Assembly (NCBI GenBank): GCA_024626585.2
Contig: JANKJI020000001.1
Span: 15,363,639 to 15,410,486, forward strand
DNA: 46,848 bases
Source of the DNA: Ginkgo biloba
Taxonomy: Eukaryota; Plantae; Ginkgophyta
Direction: 5' to 3'
Made by a program: the position numbers and the translations under genes. Shown here one piece after another: positions 1-12,309 of the stretch. Under the pieces are notes generated by a model that saw nothing but the letters and a program-made list of their open reading frames with translations, ran no database searches and was not told the origin of the DNA. The number at the start of each line of letters is the position of its first letter. Position 1 is the stretch's first letter.

Positions 1-179
1 ATCACCTAGATGATCAAAATTTGGTTTCCAAGATGTATGTGGTTGGGGTGTTTCTTCTAGAACCATCACATCATAATCCCAATTTTCTAATGGAAAATGT
101 TCACATTCGAGGACTACTATCCTCATTGAAATAAAAATTCTGGAAAGCTCAACATATAAAGTAGTATTTGAAAAAGGAG

Positions 180-882
180 CATAATATTGAATAATTGATG
201 CATAAAAATTGCTTGGATGTTGATTAGATAATCAACAAACATGAGAAATTCCTAAAAGTTATAATATTTCAGGATGACTACAAACTCAAATTTCTCTATT
301 GTTGAATTATGATAAGAGGCTAGAGATAAACTAGAAGTTTAATAAATAACTTGGGCTAGATTAAGGTGTAAGAAATTAATAGTGGAATTAAGGAACATGG
401 AGTCTTATAAAAATTAACATATTGACATTCTCTCCAAAGATTTGAACTAAAGGATAAGCTTATAATAATTTTGGGGAGTTCTTAGATCAGGACGATATTA
501 TTCTTTAATCCTTTAAATATGCCATTTCTTGCTCTATTTATAGTTTGGAAACATAGTAGGGTTGAGTCCCAAAATCCCTAGATGGGTTTTCCATGTAGGG
601 ATTATCACATTTTGAGAGTCCCATCCTAGATATGAAATGACTTATGGAAGATCCACTATCTATTAAAGGAATATTTTCTAGAATAGAATAGGTAGGAGGA
701 TGGGAAAGGAAAAATTGCTCAAAATGAAGTACAGATATTAGATCAAGCAATAACGGTTGTTGAAAGAGATCATAGGAGAGAGCATAGGGAATTAAAGAGA
801 AAGGACCCTATTGAGGCATAATACTATATCAAATATGATTATAGTTTACAAAGGAGCTTATAAAGTCAATTAGGGGGGTAAA
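180..882 (+). mobile_element. Decayed Ty1/copia RT-RNase H C-terminal remnant ending in a polypurine tract
   Basis: Fragments resembling DA..CLD.R.ST (~197-238), *HIDI (415-429; copia KHIDI motif) and FTKEL (~845-860), then TAGGGGGGTAAA and TGA at 883 as a possible 3' LTR start. Heavily frameshifted. Confidence 0.5.
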
Positions 883-2385
883 TGATAGGTTTTAATTTAT
901 CCCCATTATTGGCTCTATTTTCCCACCCTTTTTTGTGTTCTTATGGATAGTAGGCCTTATAATTCTATATGTTTTTTCAATAATAGTTGATTATAATAGT
1001 ACAAATAAGATCTCATAGATTTTATATTTTTAAGATACATTGGTGAAGAGGATAATATATCTAGCTATGTAAGAGTACTATTATGACCGTAAGTCACATC
1101 TAAAGTTAAGAAAGAGGAATCCCCATTAAAAGGGTGAAAAGGACCCAATTTTATCTTAATATATCTCACAGATAGGATTAGAGAGAGGGTGCACTTATTC
1201 CTTAATCCAAGGTGTAATTTAAGAATAAAACATCACCCCTAATCAATATAGAGGTAGCCATAAGTTAAGTTCCCAACTTGGATGTATATATAGACTTTAT
1301 ATTTTCATAATGTAAAAGGATAAAGAAACCTATTTGAAAACTAAAAAAACCATATACTCATTATAGTAATTGCCAAGATATATGGTGAATGTAACATTCC
1401 ACTTCTTTACATATGATTTGGCTTATATTTTAGACATTATAATCAAATAAATTTATTTTCTATGACCCACTCCTGTATACCCTTAATATGGAAAAAAAGA
1501 AAGAAACTTTGCATGGCCATCATGAGTCCATCCAACACTTAAACTAACACTTGGCAATACGATTGAATATCACATGGTCTACTAATCTTATGGGCTCAGC
1601 CATTAGACTTCATAAAATAATTAAGAATCTCATGGGAACTCTAACTCACACACATATTAAGTTCATTAATGATTGTGAAGTTTAACATTATAGTATTTTG
1701 GAACCCCTTATTTCTAATTGTAATATAATTTACTCAAATCCCATCACTTCCCTATAACTTTATCAAATTTATCCTTTAAACATTCAATAGTGGAGGATTG
1801 ATAAGTATATAGATGGTGGAAAGCATAGAAGATGAAAAAATAACACAATGAACTTTTAAGCACATTATAAGGAGAAGAAAAAGACTCAAAGAAATACTAA
1901 ATGACATCAAATTTAAACTTTTAGAAATAAGTGTTAAGAGGAGAATACAAACCTCCTAACTGAAAAAAGAGAAAANNNNNNNNNNNNNNNNNNNNNNNNN
2001 NNNNNNNNNNNNNNNNNNNNNNNNNNNNNNNNNNNNNNNNNNNNNNNNNNNNNNNNNNNNNNNNNNNNNNNNNNNCACTGTACATATATGAGGGGTGCGC
2101 GCCATTAGGCACTGTCATTCAAATACATAAGTTTACAAATTCCACAATATGGGAGTCAGATGCGATCTCCTAGTAAAGTAAACACCATGTACCCAAAATC
2201 CTGGTTACACTAAGGTGTCTCTAACACAAAGGGTAAATGCTGAGACTATAATATATTTTATCATTTTAAATATTATTTGTTAGTTTGGTATCCCTTTGAA
2301 ATTATTTTTAGATTAGGGAATTTATTTTTTGAATGAGATGATGTAAGAGGTAATTTTATAGTTAGGCANNNNNNNNNNNNNNNNN

Positions 2386-2945
2386 TTACTATCCTCAAGG
2401 GAATGGCCTAGCAAAGAGTACTAGTAAGTAATTGATTAACTTATCAAGATGGTGCCTTATAATAAAAGGTACTAACATCATAAGTTGGATTTAGCATTAT
2501 GGGCATATCTCACAACCCATATGGTGTCCATCAAAGCTACCCTATTTTATTTTTTTTATGCCAGGGAGGCAGTTATACCTATTAACTTTAAATTGGAGGC
2601 CTTCCATATGGACTTGGAAAATTATCAAGGATTGGAAGGCCATATCTAAACTTAACTAATTATAGCCTTGAAAATATATGAAGATCAACATATGATGATC
2701 AAATACATAGAGGCATGGTAGTCCTATCTTAATCCATGGTTGAGATGCATTCCTTTGAGAAAGACTACTTGGTCTCACTATGGGATAAATATAATGAAAA
2801 ATATCTTAAAAAATTTGATTCTCTATGGTTGGAGATATATTATATTTGGTAGCATTAAAATAACATATCCTTTAATTTGGTCTCCCTTAAAGACCAATAA
2901 TTATCATACACTTTTAATGGGGAATTACTGAAGTGCTATATCACT
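2386..2945 (+). mobile_element. Ty3/gypsy integrase core and C-terminal remnant
   Basis: Translates as YYPQGNGLAKSTSK*LINL, DLALWAYLTT and a terminal NG..LK.Y-like motif, matching gypsy integrase (YYPQ.NG.AE, LWAYRTT). Contains stops and frameshifts. Confidence 0.85.
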
Positions 2946-4814
2946 TAAGAGATTTGGAGAAAGTAGTTATGCTAGATTTATATATATGTAAATAGTTATA
3001 GTAAAAGTAAGGAGACTTTGGATAAAAGAGATCTATATATTTTGGAAATGAGTTTGATGTCTAAGAGAAACCCTAGGCGTAGTAAGTTATTTATGTTTTA
3101 TCCAATCATCTTGAGTAATAATGGAAGGCATATTGCCTAAGTGTTGGAAAGGAGATTAAGCTTGTTGTAGGGGGGAAACCCATTGCTTGCGATATGGTAG
3201 TAGAATGCAAGGTTAGAATGCTTATAGTAGGATGGATGTAATATCCTAGTCATCAAAGGGAGGGCCCAAGGGTAGTTTTTGTTCAGTCTAATTATGAAGG
3301 ATTCAAATGTGGGCCCATTCAAGATTTTTTCTTCCCTTTATTTTAATTGCATTCTCACCCTTATATGTATATTATTATGGGATGGATTATACATTATAGT
3401 CAATATAATTGATGACATTATATTTTGATTNNNNNNNNNNNNNNNNNNNNNNNNNNNNNNNNNNNNNNNNNNNNNNNNNNNNNNNNNNNNNNNNNNNNNN
3501 NNNNNNNNNNNNNNNNNNNNNNNNNNNNNNGCAGGTTACTGTGTCCATGACATACAGTAATTCCTCCAATTCTATCTTCTCCTCTGTGTAGTTCTCTCTC
3601 TTCTGTGCTTTCAACCAGTCTAGGAAGGAAATACATACAAAGTACAATTACTTCTTTATGAAAACTGTAAACCATACAAAGGTATAGAAGTCTGGAATTT
3701 ACTGTTCTCCTATGTGGTGATGTTCTTTGCTGTTTCCCTTTCTTTCTCTGCTGGTCTATTCTGATCCTCTTGGATTCTTTGTCTATGTGTGTCCTCAGTG
3801 ACCCATTGTGAACTTGTGCCTGGTCCTGGTACCCTATGGTATCCTCTGTCTCTCTCCCCTTTGCTGTTATACTATTCCTTTTTCCTCCATTGTTATCTGT
3901 CTATTGGAATTCTTTTTTTTCAAAACTTGCCAAGGTGACTTTTGGTGTTATGGATACCCAAATGGTGGATTAAAAACCTTATTTTTGGATAAATTTTGGA
4001 TATAGGTTCCATATTAATACAGTAAAAATTTAGTTGGAAAAAACTTCTTATGAATGAATTATGGCCAAAATATATTTTTTTGTAACTCACCTTTTTTAGG
4101 GGGTAAGAAAATGATTTAGGGTCTAAATTTTGGTATGAATGTGGTATTAGGTTTCATAATAATTTAATCAAAATTTTAGCTCATTTTGACTTTGTACAAA
4201 TAAGTTATAGTCAAAATATCAATCAATTATTTTATTTATTTTCCAGTCATCTCATCTTCTAGTCAATTGTTGACTAGTAAAGTCTATAAGGACAAGTAGT
4301 CATTAATTTGGCCATAATGTTTATTAATCATTTATGCCTAATGGTGGTATAATTATGTCCTATAACTCTACCATATGATACTACAAATCATTCCCTTAGC
4401 ATTATCATTCATTCATAGAAATCATCATACAAAAATATGAGAGAGAACCATCCAATCTTCTATTATAATAGATACCCAAGTACATAGATTATATGCACAT
4501 TACAAGACGTGGAATATAATAGGAATGAGGAAAATGCATACTCTAGCTTCTCTATCTTTTTCTATCTATTCTATTAGACATCTTCTATTTATATAGGGCA
4601 CTAATAGTTATGATATCCATCAAAGAGATTATAATGTATAGACTCTAATCTAGTGTTAGAGGAGGAATATTGTNNNNNNNNNNNNNNNNNNNNNNNNNNN
4701 NNNNNNNNNNNNNNNNNNNNNNNNNNNNNNNNNNNNNNNNNNNNNNNNNNNNNNNNNNNNNNNNNNNNNNNNNAAAAAAAAAAAAAAAAAGTCGACTGTT
4801 AAAAAATAATGAAA

Positions 4815-5439
4815 GTCACTTGCATATTAAGTATAGGTAACTTCATGTTAGTTGACAGGAAGTCACTTGCAACTTGTGTAGTTCTCTATTAGTTGATAAG
4901 TAAACACTTACAACTTGTGTAGTTTTCTATCAATTGACAGGAAGTCACTTGCAATATAGATAGTTACAATATATGTTACTTGCAATCATTGTGCAAGTGA
5001 CTTACTTGCACCTTGTATACAAGTGATTTCTCTGTTGGGTTACTTGCATCATAGGTGTAGGTTATAATTGAAATAAATTCAGGTAACGTTCACTCCAATT
5101 TTGGGTGAATCAAAGATGACAACTCCATAGGTTTATATGAATCACTCGAGCCCACTTGCAAAGAAAATGCAGGTGAGGGAAATTAACTATAGATGGGTTA
5201 CTAAGCTTCACTTACAGTTGTAATGTAAGTGAGCGATCCCACTCTTTGTCATTAGTTCACTTTCAAATTCTCTCCATGTCACCTACAACCAAGATGCAAG
5301 TGGCATTCCTTGTCTCTATGGCTTAGTCTAGTCTACTTATGGGTTTTGCTACATCTCACCTACACTCGATGTGTAGTGACTCTTACATGCACCTGATGTG
5401 CAAGTGAATTGGTTGAACTGCATTTGACTCGCATGTGAC
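4815..5439. repeat. Array of about 9 imperfect palindromes, consensus CACTTGCA-N7-TGCAAGTG, plus several half-sites
   Basis: Units at 4815, 4975 (GTTACTTGCA atcattg TGCAAGTGAC), 5001, 5039, 5151 (CCCACTTGCA aagaaaa TGCAGGTGAG), 5207, 5278, 5355 and 5382; weaker unit at 5415; half-sites at 4862, 4905 and 4944. Confidence 0.85.
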
Positions 5440-5736
5440 TCTAAACGCCTTGGACTTCATGTTAAGGTAGCCCAGCTACAGTCTTTTATGGATCCATCCC
5501 GGATTAGGAAGCGGATCTTGAAGCTCTCCCTCCTTATTATATGGATGCCATGTATTATGAGCTCACACATGTTAGTATGGGGACAAAGTTGTACCTCCCC
5601 TAACTATACCCAATTGCACATGTGTGAGTACCTTTGGAAAAAAGTAAGAAAAATATACTTTTTGAATGGAGTTTCATAGGGGGTTTTGAGAGATTTTTCA
5701 CATGTTAGAGGAATTTTGATTCTTGTGAGTTTGCAA

Positions 5737-5754
5737 AGAGAGAGAGAGAGAGAG
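5737..5754. repeat. (AG)9 microsatellite
   Basis: Direct reading. Confidence 0.9.
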
Positions 5755-6658
5755 GTTTGTTGAAGAGTGAGTGGTTGTTGTGTGGGATTTGGGATTCATG
5801 AGGGGATGGATTTTTGTGAAGATTATTATGCACTTGGCGAAATCTTATGAGTTGAAATTGTGAAGGAAGGTCTTATTGAATGTCCTTCCTTTACTTTTTG
5901 GAGTGTNNNNNNNNNNNNNNNNNNNNNNNNNNNNNNNNNNNNNNNNNNNTTAAATGGGAGGATTTTTGGCCTACATGAGGGAGATTTGTGAATTCTTATA
6001 CAACTTGGAGAGAAAAAAAATGAGTGGAATTCTATAGAAGAATGCGTTATGCAGATGGATCATTCATGGGCATGTTATGATTTATTCCTAGTCGTGTAAC
6101 TTGTAATATGGCCCTTCACCTTGTTGTAATTTTTGTACTCTTCTCCTCAATGAAAATGGATCTTTTGCCCACACATGAAGATCATTATTTTTTTTCNNNN
6201 NNNNNNNNNNNNNNNNNNNNNNNNNNNNNNNNNNNNNNNNNNNNNNNNNNNNNNNNNNNNNNNNNNNNNNNNNNNNNNNNNNNNNNNNNNNNNNNNNNNN
6301 NNNNNNNNNNNNNNNNNNNNNNNNNNNNNNNNNNNNNNNNNNNNNNNNNNNNNNNNNNNNNNNNNNNNNNNNNNNNNNNNAATATCAAGATTTTATTTTG
6401 TTTTCGTCTTCATTGCCATACTCAAGGTAGGATAAGAGTGAAGATTACTTGATAATAGTTTGTATCCCTATGACTTGTCACTTCATTTGGAAATCTTCAC
6501 TCCGGAATCCAATTTGAAAAGGAAATGTCATAAAATAAAAATAATCATAAATGTCATAAAATAAAAGCAAATGTAAAAAGCTAAAACAAAATTTTAAACG
6601 TATTTCATTTAATCAACAAAACTATAAAATCTATTACAATGACCTTACGGTCGGTGCT

Positions 6659-7318
6659 TTATATGCCACAAAAACTTGAAAAGGATCTCCCATCCTTCAT
6701 AAAGCCTCAAGCTCATCCAATGCTTCTACATTGGCTTGTATAGGAAAAATAGAGTATTTTCTCCACTGTCCATTTCTTCGGCCCTTCTCGGGATTTTGCA
6801 GGGAGATTACACACNNNNNNNNNNNNNNNNNNNNNNNNNNNNNNNNNNNNNAAGGCCCTCATGTCGAGGAAAACTTAAGTGCATAATGCTTTAATTGGCT
6901 ATAGTGATGACATAGGACTGTAGTGATCACATGCATTTTTCCTATAATAGTGATGCTGCCCTTCCCTGTCCTCTGATCGTTCCTTGCTCTGCCTCTTGAA
7001 TGCTATCGAGCTCACTGCATCTCCCAATTTGACAATGTTCCAATGGCTTTCCATTGATCTCTGTGCNNNNNNNNNNNNNNNNNNNNNNNNNNNNNNNNNN
7101 NNNNNNNNNNTTTTGGCTTTTGCAGCAGTCTTGATTTGGATTTGTCATAAGAGCGGGGACCTCCACCACAGCCGATTGTCATCCTCACTTCATCTGAACC
7201 GTCGGGGAATTGCAGTCTGTAGGTCGCTCGTACAAGTAGCCAGAGCATTAAAATTATAGCTGTCAGCTTTTCTAATGTTCAAATCTAATACTTGGGGGAG
7301 GACTCGGTGAAATGGACT
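6659..7318 (-). pseudogene. Unidentified degenerate ORF, copy 1
   Basis: One frame is kept across two sized gaps: LPQVLDLNIRKADS...PRRFR*SEDDNRLWWRSPLL*QIQIKTAAKAK..AQRSMESHWNIVKLGDAVSSIAFKRQSKERSEDREGQHHYY..SL*PIKALCT*VF... All stops are compatible with C-to-T changes. Homologous to 12,310-12,950. Confidence 0.6.
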
Positions 7319-7476
7319 CTACATGCTAGTATTACACGTCAATTTTTTATATTTATATTTAGGGCTTGCATGGTTAAGAACCTTTTTGTCTAATATTTTT
7401 TTGTTAATCATGGGTCCTTATTTTATTGAAAGCCACTTGTCCTTATACTTCATGTTGAAAAAAAGACGGGGGATAT

Positions 7477-7955
7477 TATTGGCACTCGTGTAGAAAACAT
7501 ATTTGACACTCAATTGACTTAAGAAGCTTAGACATAGTGCTTTCATGTCACAAAATCCAACTCATCTCATTATTTCATGAATGGTGCTCAATGAAATAAA
7601 AACTTATATTAAGGGCAAACTTTAGAACCCCACATAAAGACAAGATATAAATAACAAGGGAGAGGGCAAGGAGGAATAACATAAAGGAAGTATAATAATG
7701 GAAATATAATTTCGAGGACACTCATTAAACGACACCCATACCCCCACATATTCCACCCGTTTCAATCCTCTCTTTTCGACTTCGAGTCCACCTTGACACA
7801 ACGATGATCTTCGAATCATAAAAGGGACTGGAGGTTGAGGTTACTTCCTCTTGGTTTTAAATTAAAGGTAAAATCAATTAACAATCAAAGTTCTTGGCAT
7901 CGATCTCTTCTACCATGTGTCAGTGGGCGCGCATTAGGAATTTCTACTACCAACA
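7477..7955 (+). mobile_element. LTR of about 480 bp with a PPT upstream and a tRNA-Asp-type PBS downstream
   Basis: Starts TATTGGCAC..GTAGAA and ends TTCTACTACCAACA (inverted termini). Preceded by the purine tract AAAAAAAGACGGGGGA (7458-7473). Followed by TGGTTTCGTTATCAAGGATCAAA (7961-7983), close to TGGCGCCGTTGCCGGGGATCGAA. Confidence 0.65.
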
Positions 7956-8352
7956 TGTTTTGGTTTCGTTATCAAGGATCAAAAACCTTCATGGCTACTT
8001 GGGATTAAATATGCAAATCAAGTGAGTGGGAAAAGAAAAACAAAATGAGTTTATTTATAATTGGTCGTCAAGGAGCACTGACATCTTTTGGCATTATTAC
8101 CATGGAACGATAAACTATGTTGTTGAATGTGATTAAAAATGAAAGTTGCATGTGGATATAAGTATTGTCAAAGGCAATCTATAATCTACCATCATAGTAA
8201 TTGGTCACTAATAAGTGCCAAAATCTTTTAGTGATGTTGTCATGGATAATTCATTATGAGTCATTCATGAGATACTAAAAAATTAAGATTAAGTCTATCT
8301 GATAATTAGACATCAACAAGCAACAACATCTTTTAGTGTTATTACCATGGAC
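7951..8352 (+). repeat. Four ACATCTTT + tRNA-Asp PBS-like motifs spaced 105-140 bp apart
   Basis: PBS-like copies start at 7961, 8089, 8229 and 8334; differences from the tRNA-Asp complement are mostly transitions. Confidence 0.65.
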
Positions 8353-8999
8353 TCACTCATTAGGTTTCATTGGCTATAATAATATTCCATAATCAAAGAT
8401 ATAAGTTACATAAATATTGAAAGAAATGAAGCAAACTATAATTGTTGTCAACAACATCCTTTAATGGTGTGGTTGAAGATTAAGGCCCATAGGGTTTTGT
8501 TATCGCCATTTTTAACACCTCTAAATTCACCCTTCTATGGCACATAACGATACTTGTTACCATTCTTTGATACTTTTACCATTGTAATTTAGNNNNNNNN
8601 NNNNNNNNNNNNNNNNNNNNNNNNNNNNNNNNNNNNNNNNNNNNNNNNNNNNNNNNNNNNNNNNNNNNNNNNNNNNNNNNNNNNNNNNNNNNTCATGGGT
8701 CTTTGCAAATATTTTTGCATATATCTTTATTCTCTTCATTGATTTATTCCTTTGTGTGAGCTAAATACATTCAAAAGTATTCTTCTTCACATATTATGGG
8801 ATTAAATTCATCCTATACCCTTTTGGCATCACATTAGGTACATGCAAAGTTTCAATGTGGGAGTCAACACAAACACATACACCCCACACACAAAGGAAAA
8901 ACACACTTGTATATCTATGGGCAAATCATTTTCGATAATAATCATTAGGTTTGGTAACTATACTAGAGTTTATCCAGGTCTATCTTAAGACCTCCACTA

Positions 9000-10450
9000 A
9001 TTACAAATACCCCAAAATTATTTCTTCTTAAATAATTAAGAATGATAAACACCTTATTAATGATCGTATTGACCTTATAGTTTTTATAAGTGTTGGTGAC
9101 CATATTAATGATATATATCCTACATTATTAGTTAAACTATTTTATATCTTTCCAATCTTATATATTTTGTAGCCTCTAAGATCCCCTTGATCCTTAAAGA
9201 CTTAATTTGGTATGATGAAGATGTTAACTCCATAAAAGGGCATAATTCTAATGGCCATGACTTCTTGAGAGTTGTTAATAAGGGTTGTGTAGTTGATGTC
9301 AATATATTAAGGAGAATTAATCTTAGCCTAATGAGAAAACATTGCATTAAGTACTTGAATGAAGTGAAATTTCCTTGGCCTAGTTCAATAGATGATCTTA
9401 CCCTATCATGGGTGTTTCTCATTCTTATTATATTTAAGTGGTGACTTAGGATAGAATTGGAATAATTAATAAAATCCAGTTTCCCTTAACATGCAACCAT
9501 AATATTATGTATTTATTTCGAGAATAATTTGGATTTTTTAGTTGATGGAATAGTCTAACAAGGTAATATTCATGATATCAATGTGCCCCCACTTTTGGTG
9601 TCTAACTATCACATTTTCAAATAAATGGATAAATAGATCTATGTATATTTTCAATAGTGAAAGGAAGGGAGTTATAACAACTATAAAGAACTTTCTATGG
9701 TCTAAATAATTTTTATAAATTTGAATACTTGTTAATTAATATTTATCATAACATGGATTATAGAAGAGACATAAAATTAAGTCATAGAATATCTCTTTTT
9801 GTGTCACATAATATATATCATATAAATTGCAAGTGTTTTAAGGAGGTGGATTATGTATTTTTATTGTTAATTTGGTGATGTTTATGTGATTTATTTTATA
9901 ATATTTAGAGAGATTATAATTGATTTTTATATTACTTANNNNNNNNNNNNNNNNNNNNNNNNNNNNNNNNNNNNNNNNNNNNNNNNNNNNNNNNNNNNNN
10001 NNNNNNNNNNNNNNNNNNNNNNNNNNNNNNNNNNNNNNCCTTAACATACAGCCATAATATTATTATTTTGGGAATAATGTTCCCTCTCTAAACAAACATA
10101 TGATAAAATTATTAAAGAAGATGAGACACATTTTACCCCTCTATTAAGTTGAATCTACATTTTTTATAAATTTAAAAACCACTTAGTAATCCCTAAACAT
10201 TTCTTGATGAGTTTTGGATGTGTAGGTAATCCACGTACCATGATGAAATGGTGGATTACTACCTCTTAGAAGTTGACCCTTTCTAATTACTTACCCGAGT
10301 ATTACGGTTATATAATAAGTATAAATTTAAATTTGTTTTTCCTCAACTATATTTCATAGCCAAACATTGTGCTCATTATGTTGTCCTTGACCAAAGCATC
10401 ACCTTACATCCCTAAAACTATGTCTATGACAATTGTTAGGTAAACAACCA
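9000..10450 (-). mobile_element. Highly decayed Ty3/gypsy pol (RT about 10,450-10,150; integrase-like about 9,650-9,000)
   Basis: RT thumb-like LG.VI..G ... KCLGITKWF..FIKN, then KWG..D and PF.G..IP..SLRI fragments, in the expected order on the minus strand. Confidence 0.5.
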
Positions 10451-12309
10451 AAAGAAATAAAATATAAATAATTATTGCAAAAATAAAATAAAAACTAAAA
10501 AACTCAAATAAAATAAAAGAAATAAGAGAGAAAAGAGATTTAGAATAAAATAATGTCATCATCTTATATTTTTTGTACTTGTTTATTTATTATTTGTATA
10601 AAATATTTTATTCTTTCAATTGAAATTTATCTAAAATATGTCGTCTTATAGGTGAATTCCTTTTCCTTTATTGTTATCATTTTATATTTTTATGTGTGTC
10701 ACCTTTTGGGGAATTTTATTTGTCAACATTTTCTTTCTTATCATCAATTTTCAACCATTTATAGATAGTTTTGATTCATATGTGTTGTTGACCCTTTTAG
10801 TATTATTTTGTCAATAATTTATGGGAAATTTATCTCCACTCTTTGCAATATATTTTCTTGTCTTGTCGTAATTTAATCATTTTTGGTAATATTTGGTTAT
10901 TTTATTCCCTTAGCATTTTTTAAAATAAATGGATGGTCATTTTGGAATCCTTATGTAGTAATTCAAGGGTTTACATATAGTTAATTATGTAAGTTATTTT
11001 ATTAAATTGTTGATATTTTAACGTGCATTTCTAATTTTTCTTTCTTAGAAATTTGGGAAAAAAAAAGGCTTAGGGAGATCTCATGTAGACAAAAAGGTTT
11101 ATTCCTCAACACACCCATGCATTGTTCCAATTTTCATCCTATCATTTTTCCTAACTCAATTAGTTTAACTCCCTCTTTAGTCATTCTTTATACCTCTCCC
11201 ATCATACCTAATAAGCCATATATTTACCCTTGAGCCTAGTCACTCCTATTACTATCATGTGTTACTTTCCCCATATAGATGGCCTTTGCCTTTATTTGAC
11301 ATCCCCTTGCATGACATATTATTAAAGCATTATATTTTAAGGTAGTGATCAACATGCTCATATTACTCTTGATCCTCTTATGTGAAGGAGTGGTGATATG
11401 TCACAGTATAATTTTATCTAGCCTCAACATTTTACGTTNNNNNNNNNNNNNNNNNNNNNNNNNNNNNNNNNNNNNNNNNNNNNNNNNNNNNNNNNNNNNN
11501 NNNNNNNNNNNNNNNNNNNNNNNNNNNNNNNNNNNNNNATGTACAGAGGTTATCTATTGTATATGTATATGTACGCAACCATTTGAGTATGTTTTAATGA
11601 GATTATTATTGTCATACTAATTTCTTTGTGTTTGTCAATTGAATGTAAATTTGTAAGAGTTGGTTTTTATTTGTTGGTATAAATTTATCAACCCTCATCC
11701 TTTTCGAAGTTGGTTAGTCTTCCACCTGTATTTCACCTTATCGTGCCTTATATAGTCATGATCCTATGTTACTCCCAAATTTTGGCGTTCCTTCCAATAC
11801 CTCTTTTCCCCCGTAAGCGTGATCTTGGTGTGACCACCTATCCATTGTATTGTTATTTTCACACTCCTCTTTACTTCGAAACCTCTCCTTGGCACAATCG
11901 ATATAAAAACGATACCATGATGCTCATCATCATTTGCAAAAGTATCAAGACGGTGAGTAGATTCTAGTTTACTATCCATTAAAAAATGTGGCATTTCAAA
12001 TAGTTTGCTTCATCAAGGGTTATAACCTTATAAAGTGATCGACCTATCATGGCGCAGACCCAGAGGTCAACTCCGTGGTGAAAGCACGCAAAAATATATA
12101 TTTAAAGGAATCAAATATAATTTATATTGAAATGGTATTGAATGTCATGTCATAAAAAAAATATGTATTGATATATATAAATCACTTTTCCTAGGGTGAC
12201 TATGAATATGCACCTTTTCATAGGTGACTTATTATTAATATTAATTAATTATTCATTATCCTTAATAACTAACCTAATGACTAACCTTATTAAACTGACT
12301 ATTAGGTAT

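Noticed and set aside
4774-4790. Poly(A) run as a retroposon tail
   Set aside because: It abuts a gap, so no upstream element or TSD can be seen.
4815-5439. CRISPR-like appearance of the palindrome array
   Set aside because: Units are degenerate, spacing is irregular (0 to about 85 nt), there are no cas genes, and the context is eukaryotic.
6750-6790. GQWRKYS in one minus-strand frame, suggesting a WRKY domain
   Set aside because: It is not in the frame continuous with the region conserved in copy 2, lacks GQK, and has no zinc-finger residues after it.
6659-7318. Stop-codon recoding or U-to-C editing of the in-frame stops
   Set aside because: Stops include TGA, TAG and TAA, and C-to-T decay is pervasive across the window, which explains them more simply.
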